From NCBI GenBank assembly GCA_045837725.1, contig JBEWZL010000132.1:62001-126000 (forward strand): a stretch of DNA of 64,000 nucleotides, read 5' to 3'. The DNA comes from Vermamoeba vermiformis. Lineage: Eukaryota. Under the pieces are notes generated by a model that was given only the letters and a program-made list of their open reading frames with translations, was not told the origin of the DNA and ran no database searches. Shown here piece after piece: positions 14,219 through 27,605 of the stretch. A program made the translations under genes and the position numbers. Position 1 is the stretch's first letter; each line of letters starts with the position of its first letter.

Positions 14219-17200
14219 CTATTTCTCGACGTACACAATGTCGGTAGCAGAGCGGCCAAAGATCTCAGGGCTGTACATTTCTTCAGCTTTAGCAGGTGGT
14301 ACGATGAACACACCTTCCGTAGTTGCGCGACAGAGGTACTTGTACTGATAGTGACCTTCCCATAATAACGATTGGAAGGCTTCAGCTCGTTCATCGCGCA
14401 AGTTTTGGTGTTCGTACCAGCGATGAGCGTGGTAGACACGTGTCGTGAACGGATTGTAGTTGTTTTGCGCGTTCAAATTGAGCACTGCACGCTGATCTTC
14501 ACCAGTCTCAACACCTAAAATAAGACGTTTTGTTAATACGTGATACTTTAGGATGAATTTGTTGCCTTTTATGGAAATTTCTGACTTACCTTTTAAGGCA
14601 GTGTTGATAATCTCGACACCAGCGGGTAATTTATCAACGAGAGCAATGTGATATCTGCGCGAGGTCGTGGTCATCATGACAGAAACACGCACCTTCTCGC
14701 CCAACTTGAAGTGCCAGTTGCCGTCCTTGTCTTGTGTCACGTGCTTCTTGTCGTCGACACCCTCGTAAGTACGTTCAATCTTGAAGCCGTAGCACGCTGC
14801 TTTCAACTTCAAATCGTCAGGGGCGTAGTTCATCGCGAGACGGTAGTACAATCTACCAGGGCCTTGTTTGGTCAAGATCAAATCAGTGTCGCCAGTCTCG
14901 AACAAGAACTGCATGGGCACGTTGATGATGTTCGTCTCAGTCGTGCGGCCCTTGAAGTTCTGTTCACCGGCAAATAGTTCGCCTAGCCAGACTTGTGCGG
15001 TGAAATTGGGCTCGTCTTTCTCGTAGACTGCAAAGTAGAGATCGAGTGCCACGAGAATCAAGCAGTTTTCTTGCGTGTTGTTCCATTTGCCGGCCTTGCG
15101 GTGGGCAAGCAGACCCTTGGCGAGCTTGGGAATGAGTCCGTTCTTTTGGTCCACGGTCAACAGCGCCTCGAGCAGGACACCATCGACTCTGCGGTCAGAG
15201 TGCAACATGACGTATTGGCCCTCTTGGTCTGAGTACTTGGTGATAAAGTTAGCAGTCTCAGCAGTCTCGTTGACTCTGTTCTGAATGAACTTGAGAATCG
15301 ATGCGATGGCGTCAGTAGTCTTCTTCGATTTGTCAGTGTGCATGGCAACCATCAACCAGCCCAACGAATCTAAGTTCACGCCTTCATTGCCTTGTTTTTC
15401 GTAGATCTTACGAGCTTCTTCAGCCACCTAAAGAACGAACAAATTGTGAGCTACGTTGTTTTTTAAAATAAATCAAACTTACGTTGTCACCGAGCTTTTG
15501 TCTGACGTAGAGGCAGTAAGCCAACAACGAGTACTTGGAGTGCTTGCTCATCCACCAGAAGTGCAAGTCCAAAAACATCTCGAGTGATTTCAAGAACTTG
15601 TGAGCACGCGAGAGAAGAGTCTTGTCGACAGTAACGCCTAATAAAATGCAATTAAGTAAAGATTTTTTCACGGAAAAATGACACGTGTCAACAAGTGTCA
15701 AATTAAACAACTTGAGCTACTTAAAGTACCTTTTTGTTGAGCCTTTGCCAAGCAGTGAGTGACGTGCACGGAAATAAAAGGATCAGGACAGCGCCAGTAA
15801 TCCGCAGTTTTCTTCCAGAAGTAAAATCCTCCCGTGAAGTGCGGCTTGAAGTCATGATCTTCTTGTCGCTTCAACAAGGTCTTGAGCTGCTCTTGGAGGG
15901 CCAACAAGATTGCCATGTTGGACGGCAAGTCTGGAACATTGAACGCTTGCAAGACGTCCTTCAACGAAACAATGCCGAGAATTCTCGAAGCCAGTTGTTC
16001 TGAGCAGTCAAACTCGTACTTCCACAAGTAGAGCACGGCGTCAGTGAGTGACTGCAACACGGTGGAACTCGTTTGCACTTCAAAGCCACCAAACTCTTTG
16101 TACACGTTCTTCGGGGTCTTGACGGGCTGGAAGACGACGGTCTTATCGCTAATGTCGCCGTAAGCTAAGTGATACAACGTTAGTAATGAAGTACAAATGA
16201 GGCTAAGTCACGTACTCGCAAAGGCCTCAGAAGTGGCAGGGGTCCAGACTGGCAATGAAATTTCAGCAGCGTCAGAGAAGTCCTCGCTAGACGCGACAAT
16301 TTGGAATCTAGCCGTGCCCGCGTACTTAGTCTCAACAGGCAAGAAGATAGCCACTCGCTTGGCAGCGCCAATCTTCATTCTGCGCAACACTCGTTAAGAC
16401 TTTTCCTGTAAAAGACGCTTAACTGCACGTACCTGTAACCACCGGTGAAGTTGCCTCTGAATCGTGCATTGGTGCAACGAGCGGCCACGCGCACAACGAG
16501 GTCTTGGTCAGTTTGATTTTGCAAGACCACGCTGCACTCGGCTTTGTCGCCCAAATTAAGGAATCGAGGGAACGATGGACGGACCATAAAAGGCAATTTA
16601 GCAACGACAGATGCATCGCCCAAGCCAAACTTGCGGTCAGTGACTGCCACAGCCCAGACACGGTACTTGGTCAATGAGTCCGGCAGTTTGAACTCGACGG
16701 AGACGTTGCCGTTCTTGTCGGTCACCACTGAAGGTGTGAAGTTTGCAATTGCAGTGAAATTGCTGCGCACTTCGATGGGCGTCGAGGCCTCTTCGACAGG
16801 TGCAGACAACGACCCGCTCAACATGTCCATTGAGGGAGCCATATCTTTTTTCCGTGCGTTAGCCATTGGAGCCATTGGAGGAGCTAAGCTCTGTTGCATC
16901 TGTGCCATCATTGGAGCAGGAGCAGCGGATTTAGCGGGCATTGCCGACGCCATTCGCATCATTGGACGTGGAGGAGCACCACCAGGGGCAGGGGGACCTC
17001 CTCCTCCCATTCCAGACGAAGAATCGCTAGCAACAGGCAATTCTGGCTCTGGAGGCTTTGGTGCGTTTTCTGCAAACTTTTGCAAGTCCTCAGAGCTACA
17101 ACCACCATGAATAATCAATGTATGAAAGAATTCTAATAGCTACGTACCTAATAAGCAAGACGGCGCTTCTCAAGTAAGAAAAGCCGGTGCCTGTTTGTCG

Positions 17201-20200
17201 GTGAGGATTGAACAAGGACAGAGGATTGCTCAACGAATAGCCAGTCAATGCCAAGACACTCTCGTCGACCACAATCACGCAAACTTCAGCGTTTTCCTGC
17301 GGCTCGTTCTTGGCATTAGCTACGTGCACGTTGACCACGGCTTGTGAGCCAGGCTTGTACGATGCTTGGCTGGTCGTAACATCGACCTTCAACTCGTCAG
17401 ACTTGTTGACAATGTTGATGTTGGCGAGGCCTTTAGCGAAGCAGGGGCGCGGAGGAGCGGTCAAATCTAGCACACCCGAGTTCAAGGCACGAGGCTTGCA
17501 ACCCATGAGATCGACTTGAATCTGCACGTTAGGCTGCCAGTCTTCTTTGATCGGGAACTTGACTGTCACAGAGTCCTCGACAAGTTTGAAGCGTTCAGTG
17601 TGCACGACACCTTCACACAACAGCGTTAACAAGCCTTCAGCGGGCTTGAACGGAGATTGAACGAGCAACTCTCCCGTAGTCTCTCCATCGAATGGCGAGT
17701 ATGTCTGTTTGTCGGGGATGATGATAGCCTCTTCTTGGGTCACTTTAGTGATCTTAGGCGTTGGCGTAGCCTTTGCACCAGACACGTTGAAGGTGACCTT
17801 GGTCTCATTGCGCAGCTCTATTGTTATGATTAGAATCAAGTCCGATAGTCACGTGCAGTGTCTCTTACTTCGACCGTCAGCTGTGATGAATTCAAAAGTA
17901 TACTGGCCTCCGTCTTTAGGGAAGTACTCGTAGACAAGTGGTTCGCTCTTCGAGACCAACTTGACGATCTTGCTGCTGCTCTTTTCAACTTCGCGAGTCA
18001 AACCTTGTTCGTCTGAAAACACTTGTTAATCACCATTTCTTGATAGTCCTTTGCACTTACCCTTCTCGTCTTGAACCCACTTGCGAGTCTGTTTGATCCA
18101 GAAAGGCACGCCTTCCTTAGCCTTGCCATCGATGTCGGTGACAATAACGTCCATAGGGAACAGATCGTGAGGCTTGCCGTAGGCTCGCTTGACATTGACA
18201 CCAAGGTAGTACTCCGAAGGGTGTAACAGGAAGCTGTGAGACCGTTAGAAAATTGAATTGCAGGTCAATGTCGTAATACCTTGTCGAAGTTTCACGGGTT
18301 TGGTAGTTAAGATCGGTGATGGCAGCAATAGCTTTCAGGGTCTTGGGTGCCTTCAAATTACCCGCGTAAACGATCTTCACTTCGTGTTCACCGTTCACAT
18401 CGGTCTTGCCATTCAATTCATTGCCTTCTTCGTCGGACTCTTCGTCGGATTCTTCGTGATCAAGGAGTGACGGGCGCAATAGAGGTCCACCTTTAATCAT
18501 CGGACGAGGAGGTGGAGGAAGTCCAAAGCTTGGTGTGACTGATCGAATACCAAATATTTGGCCACGAATGTCATCAAAAGTGAATGGTGTGAAGGTTGGA
18601 CGATCCATCCACCAGGGCTTGACGTCACCAAAAGAGAACTTGGACCAACCAGGCGGCGAGTAGAAAGCGTCGCTGTCTTGCAAAGTCCACTTGACCTTGG
18701 CGTCAGACAATCCTCCACCTGCAAAGTAGGTCGCCTTGGCCTTGGCAACAGCAAATCCTCCTTCCTTGCTTGCAATGTGATTGGAGATTGGAACGTAGCT
18801 CGAGCTCACTTCGTACTCGGGTCTGCGGAACTCTTCGACTTTGAACGTGTGGGTGTATGTAATAGAAGTGCCCACGGTAGTAAAAATCACTGACGCAGTG
18901 CCCAAGTTCATGTTGTCAGGCAAATTCAACTTGAGGTCAAAGGCACCAAACTTGTTGAATTCGAGATCTCCCTTGGAGATTTCCGCGCCACGTGGATCAC
19001 GGAAGACGTACGTCATCTTGCCGCTGCCATAGGTAGGCATGATTTTTCTTGTTTCGGATCGTTTCAAGTGTCGCAAGTAGCCCTTGATGTGAACCTCTTC
19101 TTTGGGTCTGTACAACTTTCTGTCATCAAACACGAACCAGTTGTTGCTCTCAAAGCCAGTCTTTGTGTAGTTAACGGGAGTAAATGCCACGTCATTGCCC
19201 TTCGAGCACATGACAATGCCCTTCGCTGCGCCATTGAACTTGGGGAACAAGATGATACCATCGTCATTTGTCTTGCCTGTAAACCGACGTTAAATCACGT
19301 GTCAAAAAAAGCCACTAGCTCGTACCTGAGCAATTGTTTGGAGCGCTAATTTGCACACCACTGGCAGGCTTGCCGTCTTCCAGCATCGAGGCCCACACGA
19401 GCAACTCTCCGCTGCCCTGTGAGAAGATAGTGTCCACGCACATGCGCGTAGATTGTATCCACGAGTACAACTTGGGGTGGTAGTCTTCGTACTTGTCATA
19501 GTAGCTGCTGTGGAAAACTCGCCAAGCGGCCTCAGTAGGCTCCACTCTGACAATCAACTGACCCAAGTTTTCATTAGGGAACTGCAAGTGAGGTCTCAAG
19601 TCAATCATCAATTGCTTGGGGACACCTGGTTCAACGTCTGTCTTGATAATGGTCTCGTGGACAACCTTTCCAAATTTGGAAACATGCGGACGGCGATTGT
19701 TGAACTCCGCAGTGGCAGAGAAGTACTCGGTGGGAGCGACTTGGTACACTTTGACGTGAAGCTCGTGATAGCCGACAACAATTGGGGTCAAAGTCGGGTG
19801 AGTCTTAGGATCAAGCACGACCAAGTTGGACGGGCCAGCTAATTACAAACCGTTAGACATTGCACGAAAATATAGGAGATTGATTTAGACTTACTAAGTG
19901 AGTCGTAACCGGGGCCAACCTTCACGTCGTACGTGTTAGCACCAGTCAGCTTTTGCTCGTAGACGTCGCACAAGGCACGATCAATGGTGACTGTGTACTT
20001 CTTGCTCGGGTCACTATCATTCTCGATAACGAGACACGATTGTTGTCTCATGAGGCCATAAGAACTGCCAAAGATCCCGACACTAGCAGTGTTAGCGGAG
20101 TTATTTTCAATTCTGAAAACAGCTTTCTTCAACGGAGGTGTGATCTTGACCATGCTCTCTTTGAAAGTGCCCATATCAATTGGATTCGTGAAGTAAATGT

Positions 20201-22467
20201 GCCAAGTAGCACGAGGATGGTAAGACGAAGGTCTGTAGGGCTGGTCAACACTAAACAATGCCATGGATTAGTAAGGCTGAAACAAAGTTGAATTATTAGT
20301 ACGTACCCGAACGGAGGATAAGTGGAGAATGAAGCACTTTGGACGGTGGTAGATTTCAACGGGCCTTCTAAGGACGGGACTGACGGACCAACATTGATGT
20401 TGTAAGTCGTGTTAGGCTTCAAATCTGTCTTGAATCTGAAGCCGAAGAACGTCGAGGCATTGATCTCGTTAGTGTCGTATCTGCGCGCAGCCAATGCGGC
20501 AAGTGTTTCTTCGGTGGAAAGCAATTGCAACTCCGGGGCGTTAGAAACCCTAGAGCTTGTTAGCGCGTTGAAATAAATCAAAATGAAAGACGTACTTGAC
20601 GACTTTGATAACCTCAGCCGGATTGATCCGTTGATCGAATCTCAAGACGATTGTCGGGCCCAAGCAATCGAGTCGCTGGCTGTAGCTGCTTGGAGAATGC
20701 GTCCACATGTTGTCAGAGAAGTTCGAGATGTAATGCACGTTCTTCAAAATCGGTGTGTTGGTGGAAAACTTCATGACAAAGTCTTTGGCCAGAACACCGT
20801 TCACCATCGACTTGGTGCCAGCAGGGATCTTAATGGAATAATCCGTGGAGAACGGGAATCGGCCCTCAGCCTCGAACTGCAATATAGTAGTGCCCTTCCA
20901 GACCCAACGACCGGCAATACCTTGAGGCTCCAATGTAGCAGGCACGGGGACTGAGGTAAGTTAGAACTAGATAGAATAGCTTATGCTGCACTTACTCTCT
21001 TTCAAGTCAGCGATGCTAGCAACAGGAACCATAGGCTGGTTGAATGTGATTGAAGCCACAGGCACGGGAACATTGAGAGATCCCTTCGGCGAGTGTCGTA
21101 AGATTTGAAGCTCGCCACCAGTCTCTTCTTTGTTGAGCTTCTTCGCCTCTTCCACGTCGATCACAACCTCGGGGCGAACTAGCACGTGTCAATATAATTC
21201 GTGAATAAGACTCTGTTGTCACGTACCTTCAGGTGGAGGAGGGAACGGTTGGTTGATTCGCTCGCCTGTCTTAGGAGCCTTCAACGAAGTTTCTATTGTC
21301 GGGTTAGTTTTCTAAAGTTCAGTCTTGTGGTAATGAAGACGCACCTCTCACAGCGAAGTTCTTCTCGTCACCCTCTGCGCTTTGAATAGGAGCAGCACGG
21401 TTCAATAACTTCTCCAAGGACTCTGCGTTAAGAGGTTCCATCGGCTCGACAGGTTGGTCAGTCTCGGGCTGCTCTTGTGCGTCTTGATCTTCCTCGGCAT
21501 CTGCCTCAATGTTCGCTGCCTCGACAGCGTCAATCTTTGTCAACTTGGTAGTGAAGGGCACGAGCTCAGTATCTAGCTTAAAAGTGAGTCCGAGTGGCGA
21601 ATGCATCACGTGAGTTGACGTTACCTGGCAAGTCATCAGGCTCTTCAGCACTAGAATCTTCGTCTTCCTCATCGATGCGAGGTGACTTAGCCTCGTCCTC
21701 GACAATGGCATAAGGAGACTTGGTGACATCTGCACAAAGTGTCAATCAATGTCACATCTGTCAGTTTACCTACCCTTGGTATTCCAGTTTGCCGATACTT
21801 TTAAGTTCTGCTTTTCTTGAATAGTATTATTTTTGTTTTCGTTCTCTTCCGTAGGCTTTATTTGACCTTCGCCGTACTGGATTTTGAGTTGGAGCGAACC
21901 TTGAACTGAATCTTTCTTGTTTGGGCGAGAAGATAACGGAAACCAGTCTTCAATTGGCGATTTGCTAAGCAAATCTTTGTTGATTTTAATTGTAACTTGA
22001 CCCTGGAAACGGTCAGATTCGAGAATCCGCAACGAGATCATAATATCTTACCAAAAACTTGTCAGCAAGCACTTTCTGCTTATGCCACAAGCTAATCTGG
22101 ACACCAGAAAAATCCGACGCATCACTAAAACGATTCAGTAAGCACCAAAAATTGAAATCGATTTTTCATGACGCTTACAAGCTTAGTTTTTCGTTCCAAC
22201 TCGGTGTTTGCGTCTTCTTAACAGGCTCTAAAAATTATACAATGGTTAATCAAAAAAATCTATTGCTGCTAAAGGAGTTTTACTTGTCGTGCTTGGCTTG
22301 CCGATCGCCTTGCCGCCAGCATCGAGCACTGCAACTACGACGTAGGCATCGTATTTGGACTTAAGATCCTTTCCAGCGACCGCTAAATTAAGAATGAGTC
22401 TCTTCTTCGGGATGTGGTAAATATCTTACGCACCTGTTACTTGGAGTTGCGTAGCTCCTTTCTCCAT
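14219..22467 (-). CDS. Bacterial-type alpha-2-macroglobulin with N-terminal C2 domain, multi-exon
   Basis: C2 motifs (PSWNE, ADKFLGQV, WFPL, GSLQLKIQY); Ig-like ITFNQPMV; MG2 FDDRKLYRPKEEVHIKGY; VEEFRRPEYEV; VVDESVLALTGY; VRSNF..LPDSLTKYRV; PRFLNLGD; thioester CSEQ (15995-16006); WNNTQEN; PPAKAEEMYSPEIFGRS. Confidence 0.9.
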
Positions 22468-22651
22468 TTGGTGCTGAGTATTAATTAAATAAAATAAATG
22501 CACGAAACAGCAACAATTGTTTTTGTAGGGTTTGGTTTGGGTTTCTAGAAAGCATTACATTTTTACCTACGAATTGCTTAATTTGGATGTGTAACAGAAT
22601 AAACAAAGAATGATTGGAACTGTGGGACTAACAGCTGCATTTACGCTAACT

Positions 22652-23964
22652 TTACAAGTTAGAGTAGTTGTTTTGACCAGGCAACCACTTGGCGCGGAAG
22701 TAGTACAGAGCGAATCCGACGAGTCCGACACCGGCGACCACAGCGACGATGATGCCAAAGATAGCACCACCCGAGAGAGGAGTGGAGGCGGGAACGAGAG
22801 AATCACCGCTAGGAGTAACTCTTCTGGCTGTGTGACGCGAAAATTAGAAACGTCATCGCGAACGTTCTGGAAGTAATTTAACGTACAGCGAACAGTAACA
22901 ACGTAGGACTCAGAGGCAGCGCGGTTGTCGTGCAACTTGTTAACAGGATTGATCATGATCCAAACAGTTTCAGCATGAGCCATCGCAGTGAACTCGAAGA
23001 AGAAGCCTGAAAGGGCGCAATATTTTAATCAAACGGAGCCGAATTTCTGATTACTGTAGCCATATACTTACTGTTAACCTTGGATAGATCAAAGCTATGG
23101 CGAGTCGGCGCAGAAAGGGAAGTAGGGCAGTCAGTACCGGATGTAACTGTAATGGAGGAAATAGTCTCATTGAGGTTAGTAAGAGGTGCCTCGATGATGA
23201 CGTCAAAATCTTCTGTTTGGTCAGGTTGGAATCCAGCAATGGTGAGCTTGATGAAACGAGCGCTGATCATTTCGCAAACCAGATCGGGAGTGTAGACTTT
23301 TCGGCAGACAGGAAAAGTCAGCATGCCAATGCCGAATGAAGGAAGTAAAAGAGAAGGAACGGTTTCTAATATTATTAGCAAATATATCAAAAATTTTCAG
23401 TAACCTACCAACACGCAGGTATTGACCCCATCTGCCATCATTACCATTCGTTTCAGCATGATAGTGCACGCGGAAGGTTTCGTCCTTGGCTAAAGTGAGC
23501 ATGCAGGGATCTGTAATATATTAGTAGAGTTTTTGAAACGCGAAGTTTTCGATCTTTCGTACCAGCTACTTCTAAGTGGAATCCGTTCAACACAGCTGGT
23601 TGACCACCAGGAGAACGGTACGTAAGGTCATGAGTCTATAATTTTATTAGAATTTTTGGCATAATTAGAAAATTAATACCTTATTGTAGTGCACATTTTT
23701 GGATGTGACTATATCCGCCTTTGAAACATTGATGTACGTTGCGCCGATAGAAGTTACGTTCCAGCCATAGATAGCAAGACCGGGGGGCGCGATTCCTTGC
23801 CATTGACTCTCAATAGTATTTTTGAACGGACGTACTGCTGAGAAGGTTTCAGTGTAGTAGGTCTCGCTGGCGTTGTCAATCTCATTGTAGTCTGTTCTCG
23901 CGTCGATGACGTAAGCGGAGGCTATTAAAGCCAAAAAAAGCGTGCACAACTTTTGAGGGTGCAT
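22652..23964 (-). CDS. Type I membrane glycoprotein with C-terminal YxxL sorting motif
   Basis: Signal peptide MHPQKLCTLFLALIASA; splicing intron 22885-22829 gives TM GAIFGIIVAVVAGVGLVGFALYYF and tail RAKWLPGQNNYSNL*. Confidence 0.7.
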
Positions 23965-24210
23965 ACTACGTGTTGTTCACTGGCGAAAGTACAAAAACAA
24001 AATTGATCCAAACCCGCCAACAAAATTTGTACCAAAGGGTACCCTGGCTTAAAATGACAATTAATACTATATACTTACGGGCAAGGAGATAATAGTGATC
24101 TTACCTTGTAACAATGAAAGTTCTTCGAAAATGTCCAAACAGATCCAAATCTAAAAAGTGGCAAAGACCACCCCCGCTAAGAGTTGGTTTATAATAAATA
24201 AATAAAAAAA

Positions 24211-26898
24211 TTAATTTACAGGCGCTATGCTGATAGCAAATGGGTATCCGGAATCCAAAGGCATTTCTCCAACGTACAGGTACCCACTTGACGACGTATT
24301 ATATTGGCGACCATGACGATCAGATATACTTCCTATTAAGAAGCTCAAGATTTTGCGTCCGTTATAGTCGGTCACGGTTAGAACATTGCCTCGATCTGCT
24401 ACCACAGCGTTAACTGGATCTGCCAAACGGATGTCTTTCAGGCGCTGATAAACAGTGCCTTGACTACCGCTCGTCATCACAGCGGCAACTTCACGGGAGC
24501 CTCGACAAACCACGTAGAAGTGGTTGTTCAGTGGATCTGAGAGTTCGCTTGAATTGCCACGTGTAGGTAACAGTTGCTGAGGAAGCTTTTGAGCAATTCG
24601 GGCAGGCACAATGGCAGTAGGGACCTCGCATACGTCAAATGAACCCATGATCGTAACCTCGTTGTTGGCATCATTAGCATTCCGTGACATGAGAGAGGAC
24701 GTGTCGATGATGACCACTTTGCCATTGTAAAGAGCAACGTGCGCTTTGAATCGATCGCTGGAAAAGCTGCTGATGGTATTTCCCGCAAAGACAGCTGTAG
24801 GAGCGTCGAGGTCAAATGTAGTCACAACGCGAGGTGGTGGAACTGCTCCAACGGCTCGCTTCTTCTTTTGACGGAGTACACTGTATTCGTCCTCTGCGTG
24901 CCTATCTTCTTTAGCAAATACGGACCACAGCGCTTTAACTGAGTCCAAGATGTCACTTAAGCCAAGTCTAGACGCATCTGAAGCCATTGAATCAGACGGA
25001 GTGTAGCCCGCGTTCGGATCGGGTGACGAGAAGTCAAACGACCCTGGCCAAGCACCGCTAGCACGTTCTTCAACCGTTGTATTGTAGTTTATCAGCCAAG
25101 CCTCACGGAATGATTGCAGTACCGGCGACAAATCAACGATGCAAGCTTTGTTCTCGAACTTGCTCGCTACAATTGCGTAGCCCTTGGTAGCGACAACTGC
25201 ACTCCAAGCTCCGTTGTATAAGCTTTGGCGAACGTTAATACTCGTAAAATCAAGTTGTCCGAGCGTAAGGTCGTTAGTGTCGCTTGGTCCAGACCACCTA
25301 AAAGAGGTTAGATCCGTGCGTGGCGCGTAACTGAAAACTCTTACCGATGATTGCTGGCTGCAGATACTGATGTTGGCGCTGCGATGGGCAGATCGACGTA
25401 TCCAAGTAAGACCAGATCAGAGAACGAGCCTTGATTAGGCATGCCCAAGTAAGGTGTAGTGTAAAGTGGCAGATACTTGGCTTCAATCGCGACAACGGCT
25501 AACTTGCCCGTCAATGTCTGCGTGTCCCAGAGCGTCACAAGGGCGAGCTCATTGCCACTAGTGACGGCAATATCTGTAGGAATAAGATAGGATGGGAATA
25601 CGACGCCTGGATATGGTCTGTCTCCGGTGCCACGCGAGCTCTGCAAACTGTTCACGCCTAACAGCCCCGTGCGATAGATCGTCAGTGCTTCGTTCTGTAC
25701 TTGCCCGTAGTTTCTAACTGAAGCTACAGGGAACTGTGCTTTGCCTTGATATTCAGATACTCGCACTGTTGGATCGGGATGTGGCGAACCGCTGGTTTGA
25801 TCCAGACGAGGTGACAGGGCAAAGACATTGGAGTAGTAAGCAAATGTTTGAATGCGATCGATTCCAGGATCTCCTGGCAGCGTAGGAATGTAGCCTACTT
25901 GTCCAACGGATGACCAAGAGTCGTCATCCAAACCACATCCCTGACGACCCAATTCGTAGGGACTGTACTTATTCTTGTATGAAGTGGGGCATGTAAATGT
26001 ACCAGGTTGGTCGTTGGTTGGACGATCTTCTTGGGCCATGGGGTGAAGCTCATCGAAACTTGGACCAAATCTCTTCGAGTGCGCACTTGGTGACCAAGCG
26101 GACCAATAGAGCTCGTAGGCAGTGCGATTTACTCTTCCATCCGGGTAAAGCACGGTATCAGGCACGTAATCTTGATTGAACACCTCAGGTGCACGAATAA
26201 TGACGCGGAGGATGTTGCTCGGATACTGCAGTGCATCCGCTGCGTGCGTGGCACGGGCTTTGAAGGTGTAGGCGCCTGTGCAACGTCAAAATCATCAGTA
26301 AAGCGGCGTAATTTAAGTTCACCATTGTGATTCTTGACAATTGCTTTGTAAAAAAGAATCTAAATTTGCAAAATAAGACAATGCTTCTAAATTAAATGAA
26401 ATAATTCACAAACTAGATTTTCCGTGATCCGCGAATCAAAATCTTTACTGAGTTACTGGGCAGTTATTAAATTGTTACGTAGCGTTGATTAATCATAAAT
26501 TATGCAAAAAATCAATTAATATTAACTCGCTTAGAGTATAGATCTGCAATGCCATCCTTACCTTCATCAACCACAGTTACTTTAGCCGTTTTACTAGACA
26601 TTGAGCTATTGTCGGGTTGATTTGAACTCCAATCGCCATCTGTTAGCCAACCATCATAGCTCATAGTGCCATTAGGATGCATAACCTCTATTGCGTGTGT
26701 AGTGAGATCTGCGCCAGCGTCTGTAACGATGGCGTGAAAAGTAATCTCCGTGCCTGCTTCTACAACTACATCGTAGTATTTTCCATTAACTGAGATGCTG
26801 TGGATAGGCTTGGTGTGCAGCATCTGGCTGGTGATCCCTGACACGAGGGCAAGATGAACCACGAGTACCAGCACGAATTGCTTAAATGCGACCACCAT
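24211..26898 (-). CDS. Secreted protein with probable beta-propeller, three exons
   Basis: Signal peptide MVVAFKQFVLVLVVHLALVSG; repeated PTxIAV/PTSV/PTAIV/PVNAV blade-like motifs; introns about 26561-26277 and 25343-25298. Confidence 0.7.
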
Positions 26899-27605
26899 GT
26901 TGCAAAATATTTACAGATCTGTGGTCTTGCTCACACAAGCAATTGATTGAATGGTTTTGATGCCTGTCAAGGGGATCTGAAATAATCTTGGTGACACTTG
27001 ACAAGCGGGCCCGTGCAACCATCAACCCTTCAGTTTATCGCTGCCACGCGCAAACGTGGGATACCACAGACGTTAATCTAAAATTGATTAGAACTTGCCT
27101 AAGGTTGCGTCAAGATGCCTGGCTCAACCATCTGCATCTGTAAGTAAAAGATTTTCTAAATTTTAAATTATACTACGGAAAATTGCAAATTAAAAGTAGA
27201 CTCCGATTTTTAAGAAGAAATTATGCTTAAAAAGCGCAGTGAGTTGAACGGGTTTCAGATGGCGGGATTATGGAGCGAGCAATTTTATACTTTTCTCAGT
27301 CTCTCTCTAACTAAAAGTAGTTCCAACTTACAAAGGCGCAATTTTTGGCATTAATTCATTGACTTCCAAGGTGAAGCAGTGCTTGATCTTGCGCTTGCGC
27401 TAAAACTCCGCCATTATGTACCTACTGCTGTAAGGGAGGAACGAGTAACAAATAAATGTTATGTCATTATGCGTCTTGCTGTTGTTCTTTGTTTAGAACT
27501 TAGGATAAAACAATCACTTTTTTGACCGTTACACGGATGTAAGGGGATACACAAGGCCAAGGGCCTTTGTTTTTAGTATTTACAAGGTAATGATTATGTA
27601 CATTG

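Noticed and set aside
14648-21389. Plus-strand ORFs over the A2M gene
   Set aside because: Antisense shadows of a codon-biased gene with no motifs
27258-27416. Imperfect inverted repeat (ATGGCGG...CCGCCAT) as a MITE or ncRNA
   Set aside because: Too short and mismatched, no TSD
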